The notes under the pieces: generated by a model
Seen by the model: the letters and a program-made list of their open reading frames with translations, nothing else
The model's database searches: none
Told to the model about the DNA's origin: nothing
Part shown: positions 39,473-48,435 of the stretch, one piece after another
Numbering within the stretch: the stretch's first letter is position 1
Layout: each line of letters opens with the position of its first letter
From: a virus
Strand: one strand, 5' to 3'
Virus record (IMG/VR): IMGVR_UViG_3300008108_000011
Location: 96,001-160,000 of that record
Length of the DNA: 64,000 nt
Made by a program: the position numbers and the translations under genes

Positions 39473-41560
39473 ATGGCAAATTCTGATAAGGATATCCTTA
39501 TAACGCCGAATAAAGGCACTACATCATTACCAGAAGTTAGTTTTGTCGGTCAAGTAAACTCACCGATAAGACTTCGTGTGCTTGATGATAATACATTATC
39601 CTTTGAAGGTTCTGCTGGTCAGTTATTTTCGATCAACAATAACTTAACCACTGGAACAATCTTTGCAGTTTCTGATGTTTCTGGTGTTCCTGGATTATCC
39701 TATGATGCTGGTGGAGCATTAAAATTAACTCCTTTCAATGGAGTTACGATGGTTGGTGGAACAACCACAGCAACTTCACCAAAACTAGTAACAGTTCAAA
39801 GCAACGCTGGAACAAGATATTCATTCCAAATTCAAGTCAACTCTGGTATTACAGATGGGCAATATGATGGTATAGGATTTACTCAGGGATCTGGTGGAGC
39901 AACTCCTTTAGGTGGTATTCGTTGTGAATATAGAAGCAGTGGATCTCCAGATTTTGGTTGGTATACCAGAAGCGGTGGTTCCACAGAAAGTATAAAATTA
40001 AAACTATGGAACTCTGGAAATCTTTCTATTGGAACTGCAGATCAAACAGAATATACTCGTTTGAATGTTCTCGGTGGAAATGGTATTACTATTAGAGCTG
40101 ATAGTTCATCTACCAGTAATAGATACATTTATTTCAGACAAGCGCCAAACGACTATGGTTTCCGTATCACGCAAGATGATGCTTCCGTTGGTATGCTTTT
40201 CTTCCGAGCAGTTGATGCTGGAAATGACACTAACCCATTAATTACTTTAGACAGACCAACACTAAGAGTTGGCATTGGAAATTTTAGCACATCTGCTAGA
40301 CCAGGATATACTCTTGATGTTAATGGCAATATCAACTTCTCTGGTAACTTATACCAAGCAGGTTCAATCTTCAAAACTCTCCCAACCCAAGATGCAACAA
40401 CTGATGGATCCGTTCTTAGAACTCGTTGGAATCCATCTGCATCTACATACGAAGCATATTGGACACATGACCTTGATGCAAACTATCGTCTAGAGAACCC
40501 AGATCAGTGGGCATTCCGTTATATCATTAATAGGGGTTATACAGTTGCTGGATATCAAAATGCTAACCCATGGAGAAACGGTAACAGAACTTCACATCCA
40601 TCAGACGTAACAATTTCCATTGGGGATGTTATTGATTATTCTGCTGCTTATATTGGCGGTTCTCATAATGGAGTAAATCTCTTTGTTTACAACTGTGCTA
40701 ACTCTTGGTTGCCAGCTTCTGCTTCCACATGTTCCATGAGCATGATTACAGAGACAAATAGAGGTCTCAACACATCTTGGAATGACACTAGAGCACGTAG
40801 TTATTCTGGTGCTTGGCTCGACTTTATGGGTAACCAGTGGAGAACAAATGCTGGTAGAAATAGAGCATATATCAGTTCTGGCAATGGCAACACATCCAGA
40901 CATGATCTGATCACAGAAGCAATGATTGCTGAAATTGGCGGCACAATTTCATACGTTTCTCACGCGGAAGGTGAATTTTTTGCTTGGCTATCGCAAGGTC
41001 AGAACCGATTTGAATTCTCAACAGAAACATTTACAGCATGGTCCAGTTATTCACCTGCTCCTGGTTGCGATGGAATTAACAAGCACCAAGCAACACGTAT
41101 TGGTTTCTTCTATTGTTCGGAAGGTGGTAACACAGATAGAAACGTAACTAAGAGAAGAGATACTGATGCCGTTATTTTAAGATCTGGGATTACTAAACCA
41201 GAAACTGGTGGTGAGGAGAACCTACATACTGGTATGAACAAAGGTTATTGTATTTCAAACTATAATTATGCTCAGAACAATAACGCATGGATTTATCAAT
41301 ATTATAATGATGTAATTCGTTTTGCTGATGGCACTCTAACGTATCGTAAAGGAATTCCTGGTGCTTCATCAGGAACTGGTCAAGAAGGTGGAGATATGCA
41401 AGGTGCTGGTATTCCTCCAAGGTCTTATATGACATATGCAGGTGGTCAGCAAGTTGCTCCAGGAACAATGGTTTATGGTGGATCCACTGGTGCTACATTA
41501 CAAGGTGGTGCCCCATTAACAGATGGTTCTGGCGCAACAGGTGGAATTGGAACATATTAA
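39473..41560 (+). CDS. Second tail fibre / receptor-binding protein, 695 aa
   Basis: MANSDKDILITPN...LSFEGSAGQLFSI...SDVSGVP fibre N-terminus; RVGIG...YTLDVNGNINF trimeric fibre units; distinct C-terminal domain. Confidence 0.7.
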   Translation: MANSDKDILITPNKGTTSLPEVSFVGQVNSPIRLRVLDDNTLSFEGSAGQLFSINNNLTTGTIFAVSDVSGVPGLSYDAGGALKLTPFNGVTMVGGTTTATSPKLVTVQSNAGTRYSFQIQVNSGITDGQYDGIGFTQGSGGATPLGGIRCEYRSSGSPDFGWYTRSGGSTESIKLKLWNSGNLSIGTADQTEYTRLNVLGGNGITIRADSSSTSNRYIYFRQAPNDYGFRITQDDASVGMLFFRAVDAGNDTNPLITLDRPTLRVGIGNFSTSARPGYTLDVNGNINFSGNLYQAGSIFKTLPTQDATTDGSVLRTRWNPSASTYEAYWTHDLDANYRLENPDQWAFRYIINRGYTVAGYQNANPWRNGNRTSHPSDVTISIGDVIDYSAAYIGGSHNGVNLFVYNCANSWLPASASTCSMSMITETNRGLNTSWNDTRARSYSGAWLDFMGNQWRTNAGRNRAYISSGNGNTSRHDLITEAMIAEIGGTISYVSHAEGEFFAWLSQGQNRFEFSTETFTAWSSYSPAPGCDGINKHQATRIGFFYCSEGGNTDRNVTKRRDTDAVILRSGITKPETGGEENLHTGMNKGYCISNYNYAQNNNAWIYQYYNDVIRFADGTLTYRKGIPGASSGTGQEGGDMQGAGIPPRSYMTYAGGQQVAPGTMVYGGSTGATLQGGAPLTDGSGATGGIGTY

Positions 41561-41573
41561 TAGGAATTAAAAA

Positions 41574-42365
41574 ATGGAAAGAGTTTATTACTTAATAAAA
41601 GATACTTCACTATTCTCAATCATATATGATCTCAGAGTTTTGAGATCTTTGTTGAATTGGTATGCTGTTTCTATGCCAGCATCCGAAGAATTGATGTTCA
41701 AAGAAATTGTGAAGGGAAAATATTACCCGTTAGATCCTATTACTGGATTTAAGGGGTTTAAAACTTTTGCTGATATTAGAGGTCAAATTAAAATAGTTCA
41801 GCAAGAAGCAAATGGAGAAGTTGTTGCATTTCAATCTGAAGGTGTTTTCAATTCCGTAGAAGATGATCCAAAAGCTGGTGTTAATAAAATTGTTCTTGAT
41901 GTTGATGACGAGAGAAGAAATGCTGTTATAAACGCTATGAGGTTGGTAGCAAAAGCAGTTATAGAAGAAGAGTTTGATAAAAAATTTATGGAATTAGATA
42001 CTTCTTCTAATATGGAATCTTTGTCATTTGAACTACAATATGAAGAAGCATTAGCATATCAAAGTAATAAAGATACGGAAGTTCCTTTGTTAACTGCATT
42101 AGCTGGTGCTAGAGAAATATCTGTTGAAGAAATGGCAGAAAAAATTATTAGTGGGCGTCTAGTATATAAGCAAAAAATTACAGATCTTCTAACAAGAATG
42201 ACTTGGATAAAAGCACAATTCAAAAATGCCTCCACAATTAGAGATCTAAATAGATTATACGAAGACTATTTCAGCATTGCAATGCCAGAATCACAAGCTA
42301 TTGAAGAAGGTAGAGTTGTTGATTTTAAGCGTGTTGTTCCTGTAGGAATTGGTCTAAGATTTTAA
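41574..42365 (+). CDS. Putative tail fibre assembly/chaperone protein
   Basis: C-terminal FELQYEEALAY...VPLLTALAGAREISVEEMAEKI helical motif resembles fibre-assembly proteins; directly follows a fibre gene. Confidence 0.55.
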   Translation: MERVYYLIKDTSLFSIIYDLRVLRSLLNWYAVSMPASEELMFKEIVKGKYYPLDPITGFKGFKTFADIRGQIKIVQQEANGEVVAFQSEGVFNSVEDDPKAGVNKIVLDVDDERRNAVINAMRLVAKAVIEEEFDKKFMELDTSSNMESLSFELQYEEALAYQSNKDTEVPLLTALAGAREISVEEMAEKIISGRLVYKQKITDLLTRMTWIKAQFKNASTIRDLNRLYEDYFSIAMPESQAIEEGRVVDFKRVVPVGIGLRF

Positions 42366-42383
42366 TCATAAACAGGAATTGTT

Positions 42384-43127
42384 ATGTTAAGTAAAGAGAC
42401 TATTCTGCAAAATGCAGTGCAGTTTGCTACTGGTCAAACTGATTATCAAAATGATAATTTTGTGATGAATTCTCACGTTACAAAGTATCGTCAAATTCGC
42501 CAAGCACTTTTAGAAATTGAAAATAGATATCACGGCATCAGAAAAATTAAACTTGATGTTCGTAGAGACGAAATTAAAATTAAAGCACTTCAACGAGATT
42601 TAGAGAAGTGTGAGGATGATCTAGAAGCAGAATTAATTCGTATTGATATCGAAGATTTAGAATCTGATAATGATATCCGCAGAAGAAAATTAACTAGACA
42701 AGAACAAGAAATAGATGTTTTTGTCAAAAGAGTTCAAGAAAATGTAGAAAGCGAAGAAGATATTCAAAGATACTTTGATCAAGATCCAGAGGAAGAAAGA
42801 AAGTATTGGATTGCTCGCATGGGCAAACAAGCTGCTATGGATATCCTTTCTTTTGGGAGAATTAGCACAGGCAACTTAGATTCTATTGCCATGCTTCCAG
42901 AAGAAGAACAACTTCAAATTCTTTCAATTGGTTTTCAGTATTCCAATCTTCTTGGTGGTCAGTTAGCAAAAATTGAAGGTAGAACTAGAGAGTATACACA
43001 ACAACTATTGTCAGATTCAGCAAATCTAAGATTACCAACATTTGAAGGTATCGAAGATAATATGGAATTGAAGATGATTAATTCACTTAAGGAGATTGTT
43101 GAGCAGAAAAAATTAAAAGGAAATTAA
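42384..43127 (+). CDS. Hypothetical coiled-coil protein
   Basis: TKYRQIRQALLEIENR, long charged heptads, EERKYWIARMGKQAAMDILSFGRISTGN. Confidence 0.7.
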   Translation: MLSKETILQNAVQFATGQTDYQNDNFVMNSHVTKYRQIRQALLEIENRYHGIRKIKLDVRRDEIKIKALQRDLEKCEDDLEAELIRIDIEDLESDNDIRRRKLTRQEQEIDVFVKRVQENVESEEDIQRYFDQDPEEERKYWIARMGKQAAMDILSFGRISTGNLDSIAMLPEEEQLQILSIGFQYSNLLGGQLAKIEGRTREYTQQLLSDSANLRLPTFEGIEDNMELKMINSLKEIVEQKKLKGN

Positions 43128-43128
43128 T

Positions 43129-43878
43129 ATGAATAATAATTTCTGGGATTATAGTGTAATCGAAAACAAAATTGAATTAAATAGTGTTCATAGTATTTTT
43201 TCTATTCCTCTTTTCGAAAGTACTATTATGGTTTCGAATATTGATGAAATAATGTCTGACTTAACAAACAAATATAACTCATCTGATGGCGAAGAACTTT
43301 TGTCTTCAAATGGTTCTGTTCTTTCTCCTCTAGAAGCAGAAAAGCAGAATAATGTATCAGTCAGAGATTCAATTTCATATTATAGTGAAGATACTTTACA
43401 CACTCAATCACTTTATAAAGAATTAGTAACTTCAATTGAATCTATAACAAAAAATATTTTTGATTTGTATGAATATGATTCTATTACCCCACAAGTAGTA
43501 ACAATGTGGGGGAATGTTCTCGGAAACAAGGGTTATATACATGCTCACTCACATAGCAATTCTATGTTTTCTGGTGTATGGTATCCAGAAGATCCACCAG
43601 AAACAGAAGAAGGTTCCTTATCAAATTATATCAAATTTATTGATCCAACAAGAATTAAATTCTTTTTCATGCCACAGATAAAGAAAAAAAATCCATTGAA
43701 TTCTGGAGAAATTTTTATAAAGCCTAGAAAAGGAATGTGTTTGATTTTTCCATCTTGGTTAGAGCATGATACTATTCCAAATGAAAATCCATATTTAAAA
43801 AGATATAGTATTTCATTTAACATTTTCCCCAAAGGAACTTTGGGATATCCAAATTCATTAAATCGCCTTACGTTATGA
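43129..43878 (+). CDS. 2OG-Fe(II) oxygenase (TIGR02466-like)
   Basis: MWGN...YIHAHSHSNSMFSGVWY; LIFPSWLEHDT; RYSISFNI. Confidence 0.85.
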   Translation: MNNNFWDYSVIENKIELNSVHSIFSIPLFESTIMVSNIDEIMSDLTNKYNSSDGEELLSSNGSVLSPLEAEKQNNVSVRDSISYYSEDTLHTQSLYKELVTSIESITKNIFDLYEYDSITPQVVTMWGNVLGNKGYIHAHSHSNSMFSGVWYPEDPPETEEGSLSNYIKFIDPTRIKFFFMPQIKKKNPLNSGEIFIKPRKGMCLIFPSWLEHDTIPNENPYLKRYSISFNIFPKGTLGYPNSLNRLTL

Positions 43879-44525
43879 GCACTCTTGAAATATTCCCACA
43901 AGCTATTGGGAAGTATTCTTTTGATTATGAAAGTAAAATTAAAATTAAAGATCTTTGTTTTGAGATAATCAAAGAGAACTCTTTTTCAAAAAACAAAGAT
44001 AGCAATAATTTATATCATTACTGCAATACTAACAAAGAAAATTTATTAAATTTAGAGCAGTTTAAATGGTTTGAAGAAAAGATCTCAAGATTTGCTGCCG
44101 ACTATATTGAAAATATTTTAGGGTATGAGTTAAAAGATGGTGTGGTAATTACAGACTGCTGGATGAATTTATGTCAAAGTAATGGTGATCAGTTTCTACA
44201 CAACCACGGTAATTCATTTATTTCGGGAACATACTATGTAAATTTCAACCCAGATGTTCATGGTAAATTAAAATTCCAAAATCAAAATATGATGTCAGGA
44301 ATGAACTCTGCTCCTTATCTAGAATTAACAATTAAAAAGAATACAAAGTATAACTCTGGAGGAGCAATAATGAATTATAATGAAGGTGATGTATTGCTAT
44401 GGCAATCACATTTAATTCATGGATATAGTGGTAATAATTCAGACAATCGCATTAGCATCTCATTTAATATTATGCCCAAACATTTTTATAATAACTCATA
44501 TTCATTTAAGGTAGTTAGAGAATGA
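43875..44525 (+). CDS. 2OG-Fe(II) oxygenase (TIGR02466-like)
   Basis: CWMN...QFLHNHGNSFISGTYYV; LLWQSHLIHG; RISISFNI; ATGA overlap. Confidence 0.85.
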   Translation: MSTLEIFPQAIGKYSFDYESKIKIKDLCFEIIKENSFSKNKDSNNLYHYCNTNKENLLNLEQFKWFEEKISRFAADYIENILGYELKDGVVITDCWMNLCQSNGDQFLHNHGNSFISGTYYVNFNPDVHGKLKFQNQNMMSGMNSAPYLELTIKKNTKYNSGGAIMNYNEGDVLLWQSHLIHGYSGNNSDNRISISFNIMPKHFYNNSYSFKVVRE

Positions 44526-45190
44526 TATTAATAGAAAATGATTATCTCGAAAGAGTTTGCCTGATTAATAAAGATGCAAAAATTGAAGAAGTTGTATACG
44601 ATGGAGTTAAATTTAAGTGTATTAGAAACTTTCTGAAAAACCCAGAAGAATACATCGAGTTAATTCAGCAATTTCCAGCAACTAGAGATCACACATATTC
44701 TCCTGGTTTCAGACAAGACATCCCACCATGGGCGGCTAAATTTATTACTCTCTATATTCAAGAACATGTAGGTCAATGGAAACCTGCTAGAGTTTCATGT
44801 AACATTTACAGTGGTAATATGTTGATGAAAGAACATTCAAATTTACCACATTCTGATCCGTTCTATGGTATTTGGAACTTATGGTTAAACAAAAAATGTT
44901 TAGGTGGAACTGCTTTTTGGGCACATAAAAATAAGTTGCATGTTAGTGAGTTGTCAGAAGATGAATACAATCATCTTTTTGAAAAACCTCTCATGGGATC
45001 TGGATATGAAAAGTGGAAAAACTTCAAAGGAGATGAAGACTGGAAGATGACATGTATTGCTCCTATGGAGTATAACACGCTTCTATTCTATAATGGAGGA
45101 TTTTTCCATTCTCCATGGATTCAAGAAAGCTGGTATTTGGATGAGTATAGATACAGTATGGTTGGCATGGGAGATTTTGAAAATGTTTAG
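44522..45190 (+). CDS. 2OG-Fe(II) oxygenase-like protein (DUF6445-like)
   Basis: IRNFLKNP; LPHSDP (HxD); GGTAFW; YNTLLFYNGGFFHSP; YRYS. Confidence 0.75.
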   Translation: MILIENDYLERVCLINKDAKIEEVVYDGVKFKCIRNFLKNPEEYIELIQQFPATRDHTYSPGFRQDIPPWAAKFITLYIQEHVGQWKPARVSCNIYSGNMLMKEHSNLPHSDPFYGIWNLWLNKKCLGGTAFWAHKNKLHVSELSEDEYNHLFEKPLMGSGYEKWKNFKGDEDWKMTCIAPMEYNTLLFYNGGFFHSPWIQESWYLDEYRYSMVGMGDFENV

Positions 45191-46868
45191 TTTACCAATT
45201 AATCCAAAGATCGATGAGAACTTTGCTAATAATATTCTCATTCCTTTTCTAAAAAAATACAAGGAATACATCTTTGACTTATATTTCACTTGTCGTATGC
45301 CTCCCTTTATGCAGGATGCCATGGGTGATGTATTTGAAGATGACTTGAGGCAGACAACCTTCAATGCTCTGTATATTTCAAAGCAAACTGGTATTCCTCT
45401 GTCTGCTACGTTCAACAATCCGTATGTAAGACCAACGCAAGAAAATTTGGATTTGTTTATCAACAACTTCAAATACATCTACGAAGCTGGTGTTAGAACA
45501 GTAACTCTTCCCCATACTTCATGGATGCTTACAGGTCAAATTCAAAAAGAGATGCCAGAACTTTATGTCAAGAATACTATTCTACATGAAGTATCGAAGG
45601 CAAATGATATTGTCTCACTTGCTAAAGCAGGTTTTCATTACATCAATCTCGATAGAGATTTAATGAGAGATCAAGACCAACTCAGGCGTCTCAAGGAAGC
45701 AAAAGATTATTGTGCTTCCATTGGAAAACCAGTCAAGTTCTCCATGCTTGCTAACGAGGGATGTTGGGGTGGATGCCCTATCATGCCTGAGCATTACCAT
45801 TATAATAACACAAGAGAAAATCACGAACCACCATACTTCGGTAATATTATCAGTCGTGTATCGTGTTCTAAGTGGGAGCAGCAAGATAGCTCAGCAGTTT
45901 TGAAGTCAGCAAATTTACCACCTTGGAAAAAGGATTGGGAAGAGATGTTTGATCTTGGTATTGATGTTTTCAAACTACATGGCAGAGAAAGTGTAATGCG
46001 TTTGAAGGAGAGTATGGATATTATTCATCGCTGGGCGAACGATGAAGAACTTCTATTCCCAGAACTCAATACTTATATCGAAAATAAGAGTTTGAAGGAA
46101 AGACCTATCGATATCTGGCGCGAGAAGATCAAAACTTGTAAGTTTGATTGTTGGGATTGTAACTACTGCGAGGCAGTAATTGACGCCCATCACAAAAAGC
46201 AAGATAGAGTTCTACACCCACTCGTTCAACTTACCCTCGATGCTATTGACAAATCAGCAACTGGCGATACAAAATTCAATCCACAAGGATTCAATATCGA
46301 AGGATTATCTTCTGATAGAGTTCGTCATTTCCTCAACCACCTCTGCTCAGATTCTAAGAATACCTACTTAGAGATTGGTTGCTATACTGGTAGCACATAT
46401 TTCGCTGCTATCATGGGAAATGATATCATGTCGTATGCTGTGGATAATTTTGCTGCCCCCATTGCTCCTGCCAGAGATGATATTGAATGGAAGGGGTGTG
46501 AGAATCCAAAAGCAGAATTGGCAAGAAACAACATCTTGTTTGGCAGTTTAAAATCTGTTATAATAGACACAGATGCTAGGCAACTCAATGCTTCGCATTT
46601 TTCCAAAAAACCCAACATCATATTCTATGATGGAGAGCACGATGAACAGCAAATAGATTGTTTGAATACTTTATTACCAAATTTACAAAATACTTTTATA
46701 TTGGTAGTAGATGATGCAAACTTTGACGGAGTTGTTCGGGGAACCGAAAAATTTGTAGGTATAAATAATCTACGAATACTATTTGAAAGGCAAATAATTA
46801 CGCCTCAAATAGAAGACGCCACAAGTTGGTGGAATGGATTACACATTTTAGTTCTATCAAAACCCTGA
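45183..46868 (+). CDS. U32-family (Fe-S hydroxylase-like) domain fused to class I SAM methyltransferase
   Basis: Probable start ATG 45183 (MFSLPINPK); YINLDRDLMRD, NEGCWGGCP, FKLHGRE (U32-like), CKFDCWDCNYC; then YLEIGCYTGST and IIFYDGEH methyltransferase motifs. Confidence 0.7.
   Translation: MFSLPINPKIDENFANNILIPFLKKYKEYIFDLYFTCRMPPFMQDAMGDVFEDDLRQTTFNALYISKQTGIPLSATFNNPYVRPTQENLDLFINNFKYIYEAGVRTVTLPHTSWMLTGQIQKEMPELYVKNTILHEVSKANDIVSLAKAGFHYINLDRDLMRDQDQLRRLKEAKDYCASIGKPVKFSMLANEGCWGGCPIMPEHYHYNNTRENHEPPYFGNIISRVSCSKWEQQDSSAVLKSANLPPWKKDWEEMFDLGIDVFKLHGRESVMRLKESMDIIHRWANDEELLFPELNTYIENKSLKERPIDIWREKIKTCKFDCWDCNYCEAVIDAHHKKQDRVLHPLVQLTLDAIDKSATGDTKFNPQGFNIEGLSSDRVRHFLNHLCSDSKNTYLEIGCYTGSTYFAAIMGNDIMSYAVDNFAAPIAPARDDIEWKGCENPKAELARNNILFGSLKSVIIDTDARQLNASHFSKKPNIIFYDGEHDEQQIDCLNTLLPNLQNTFILVVDDANFDGVVRGTEKFVGINNLRILFERQIITPQIEDATSWWNGLHILVLSKP
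46760..46767 (+). promoter_or_regulatory. Internal late promoter
   Basis: TATAAATA about 110 nt upstream of the 64-aa ORF. Confidence 0.45.
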
Positions 46869-46875
46869 GGATACT

Positions 46876-47070
46876 ATGGATACAACACAACTTAAAGAAA
46901 ACTTCACCACTCAACTTACTACTGTTGATGGTCAAATTGCGAAACTAGAAGAAGAACTAGCAAAAGCAAAAGAATATCGCCTCAAGCTACAAGGTGGATT
47001 AGAGACTCTAGACCTTCTTAATCCCCCCACAGAAGAAGAAACAGCAACGGAAGAAGTAGCAGCAGAATGA
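46876..47070 (+). CDS. Small coiled-coil protein (possible fibre chaperone)
   Basis: 64 aa; SD GAGG; heptads QIAKLEEELAKAKEYRLKLQGGLETL; acidic tail. Confidence 0.7.
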   Translation: MDTTQLKENFTTQLTTVDGQIAKLEEELAKAKEYRLKLQGGLETLDLLNPPTEEETATEEVAAE

Positions 47071-47074
47071 TTTC

Positions 47075-47569
47075 ATGACTTATGAAATCATTGATGATTA
47101 TTTGCCACCAGTTGTTCATCAAAATTTATACAATTTTTTGATGAACAACATGTTTCCGTGGCAATTTGTTAATGCAGTAAATAGCGAAGATGAAGATAAA
47201 AATTTTGTAAATAATTTTTATTTTATCCATCTTTTCTATGGAATGCACAAACCAACCAGCGAACATTTTGAATTGGTAGTTCCTTTACTAAACAAATTAA
47301 ATCCAAAAGCTTTAATGAGAATAAAGGGTAATCTTTATACTAGAACAGAAAATTTGGTTCATCACTCTCAACATTCCGACTATAAATTTAAACATAAAGC
47401 AGCAATATATTATGTCAATGATAATGATGGTTACACCATTCTTCACGATGGAACCAAAATAGAAAGTGTTGCTAATAGAATGTTATTGTTCGATGCTTCA
47501 AGATTACACAATTCAACAAACTGCACCAACACAAAAGTTCGCTGCAATATAAACTTCAATTATTTTTAA
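47075..47569 (+). CDS. 2OG-Fe(II) oxygenase (cyanophage type)
   Basis: IIDDYLP; RIKGNL; HSQHSDY (HxD); AAIYYVNDNDGYT; FDASRLHNS; RCNINFNYF. Confidence 0.85.
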   Translation: MTYEIIDDYLPPVVHQNLYNFLMNNMFPWQFVNAVNSEDEDKNFVNNFYFIHLFYGMHKPTSEHFELVVPLLNKLNPKALMRIKGNLYTRTENLVHHSQHSDYKFKHKAAIYYVNDNDGYTILHDGTKIESVANRMLLFDASRLHNSTNCTNTKVRCNINFNYF

Positions 47570-47592
47570 TATAAATACCCTTCTTATAAATA
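47570..47592 (+). promoter_or_regulatory. Tandem late promoters for the neck operon
   Basis: TATAAATA at 47570-47577 and 47585-47592. Confidence 0.8.
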
Positions 47593-47610
47593 CATAAGAA
47601 GGGATTTTTT
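47578..47610 (+). terminator. Intrinsic terminator-like hairpin
   Basis: CCCTTCTTAT-AAATAC-ATAAGAAGGG perfect 10-bp stem followed by ATTTTTT. Confidence 0.7.
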
Positions 47611-47622
47611 ATAGGGCTTTAC

Positions 47623-48435
47623 ATGTCAGCATCAAAGCCAGCAACCAGAGAGGAGTTAAAGCAATACTGCCTCCGAGAGTTAGGCAAACCAGTTTTAGAA
47701 ATCAACGTAGCAGATCAACAACTAGAAGATCGCATTGATGAAGCTCTGCAGTTTTTCCAGGAGCGTCATTTTGACGGTATGGATAAAATGTATCTAAAAC
47801 ATACGTTAACTCAAACCGAAGTAGATAGATTTAAAGGAAATAATATCACACACAACACATCAGAAGGTGACGTGTGGACTGAACGAGGTAACTACTTAGA
47901 TTTACCAGATCATATTATTGGCGTAGAAAAAGTATTTGGTGTAACCTCTAGCAGCATTCGTGGAGATCTCTTTGGTATCGAATATCAAATCTTCCTTAAT
48001 GACCTATACGCTTTTGGTTCGATTGATATTCTAAACTACTACATGGTTAAGAGTTATATCGAAACACTCGATATGGTTCTGAATACAGGTGCTCTGATTC
48101 GCTTCAGATTTACCAAGAGAGATGGTCGTCTCTACATTGACTATGATCCTCAGATGCTAACTAAGGATAAGATTCTTATCATCGAGTGCTATAGAGCATT
48201 GGATCCCACAGACCTCACAAAGATTTGGAATGACTTCTGGTTAAAGAGATATACCACTGCACTATTCAAGCGTCAGTGGGGGCAAAATCTTATCAAGTTT
48301 AATAATGTTCAACTACCTGGCGGTGTCTCACTCAATGGTCGTCAGATTTATGAGGATGCAATCAGAGAGATTGAAGATATCGAATCTAAGATTATTTCTG
48401 ATTATGAACTACCACCACTAGATATGATTGGATAA
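47623..48435 (+). CDS. gp13: Neck protein gp13
   Basis: LKQYCLRELGKPVLEINVADQQLEDRIDEALQFF..RHFDG; KRQWGQNLIKF...LPGGVSLNG. Confidence 0.95.
   Translation: MSASKPATREELKQYCLRELGKPVLEINVADQQLEDRIDEALQFFQERHFDGMDKMYLKHTLTQTEVDRFKGNNITHNTSEGDVWTERGNYLDLPDHIIGVEKVFGVTSSSIRGDLFGIEYQIFLNDLYAFGSIDILNYYMVKSYIETLDMVLNTGALIRFRFTKRDGRLYIDYDPQMLTKDKILIIECYRALDPTDLTKIWNDFWLKRYTTALFKRQWGQNLIKFNNVQLPGGVSLNGRQIYEDAIREIEDIESKIISDYELPPLDMIG

Noticed and set aside
29122-41560. Diversity-generating retroelement or invertible shufflon acting on the fibre and lectin genes
   Set aside because: No near-identical nucleotide template/variable repeat pair, reverse transcriptase, invertase or inverted crossover sites seen by eye; a dot-plot would be decisive
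45057-45182. ORF-track N-terminal extension of the U32 protein (and similar extensions at 884, 1375, 37275, 53448)
   Set aside because: Extensions overlap upstream genes; downstream ATGs give typical short overlaps
45183-46290. Calling the U32 domain a collagenase or protease
   Set aside because: Legacy family label; characterised members are Fe-S hydroxylases, and the Cys clusters here fit that better
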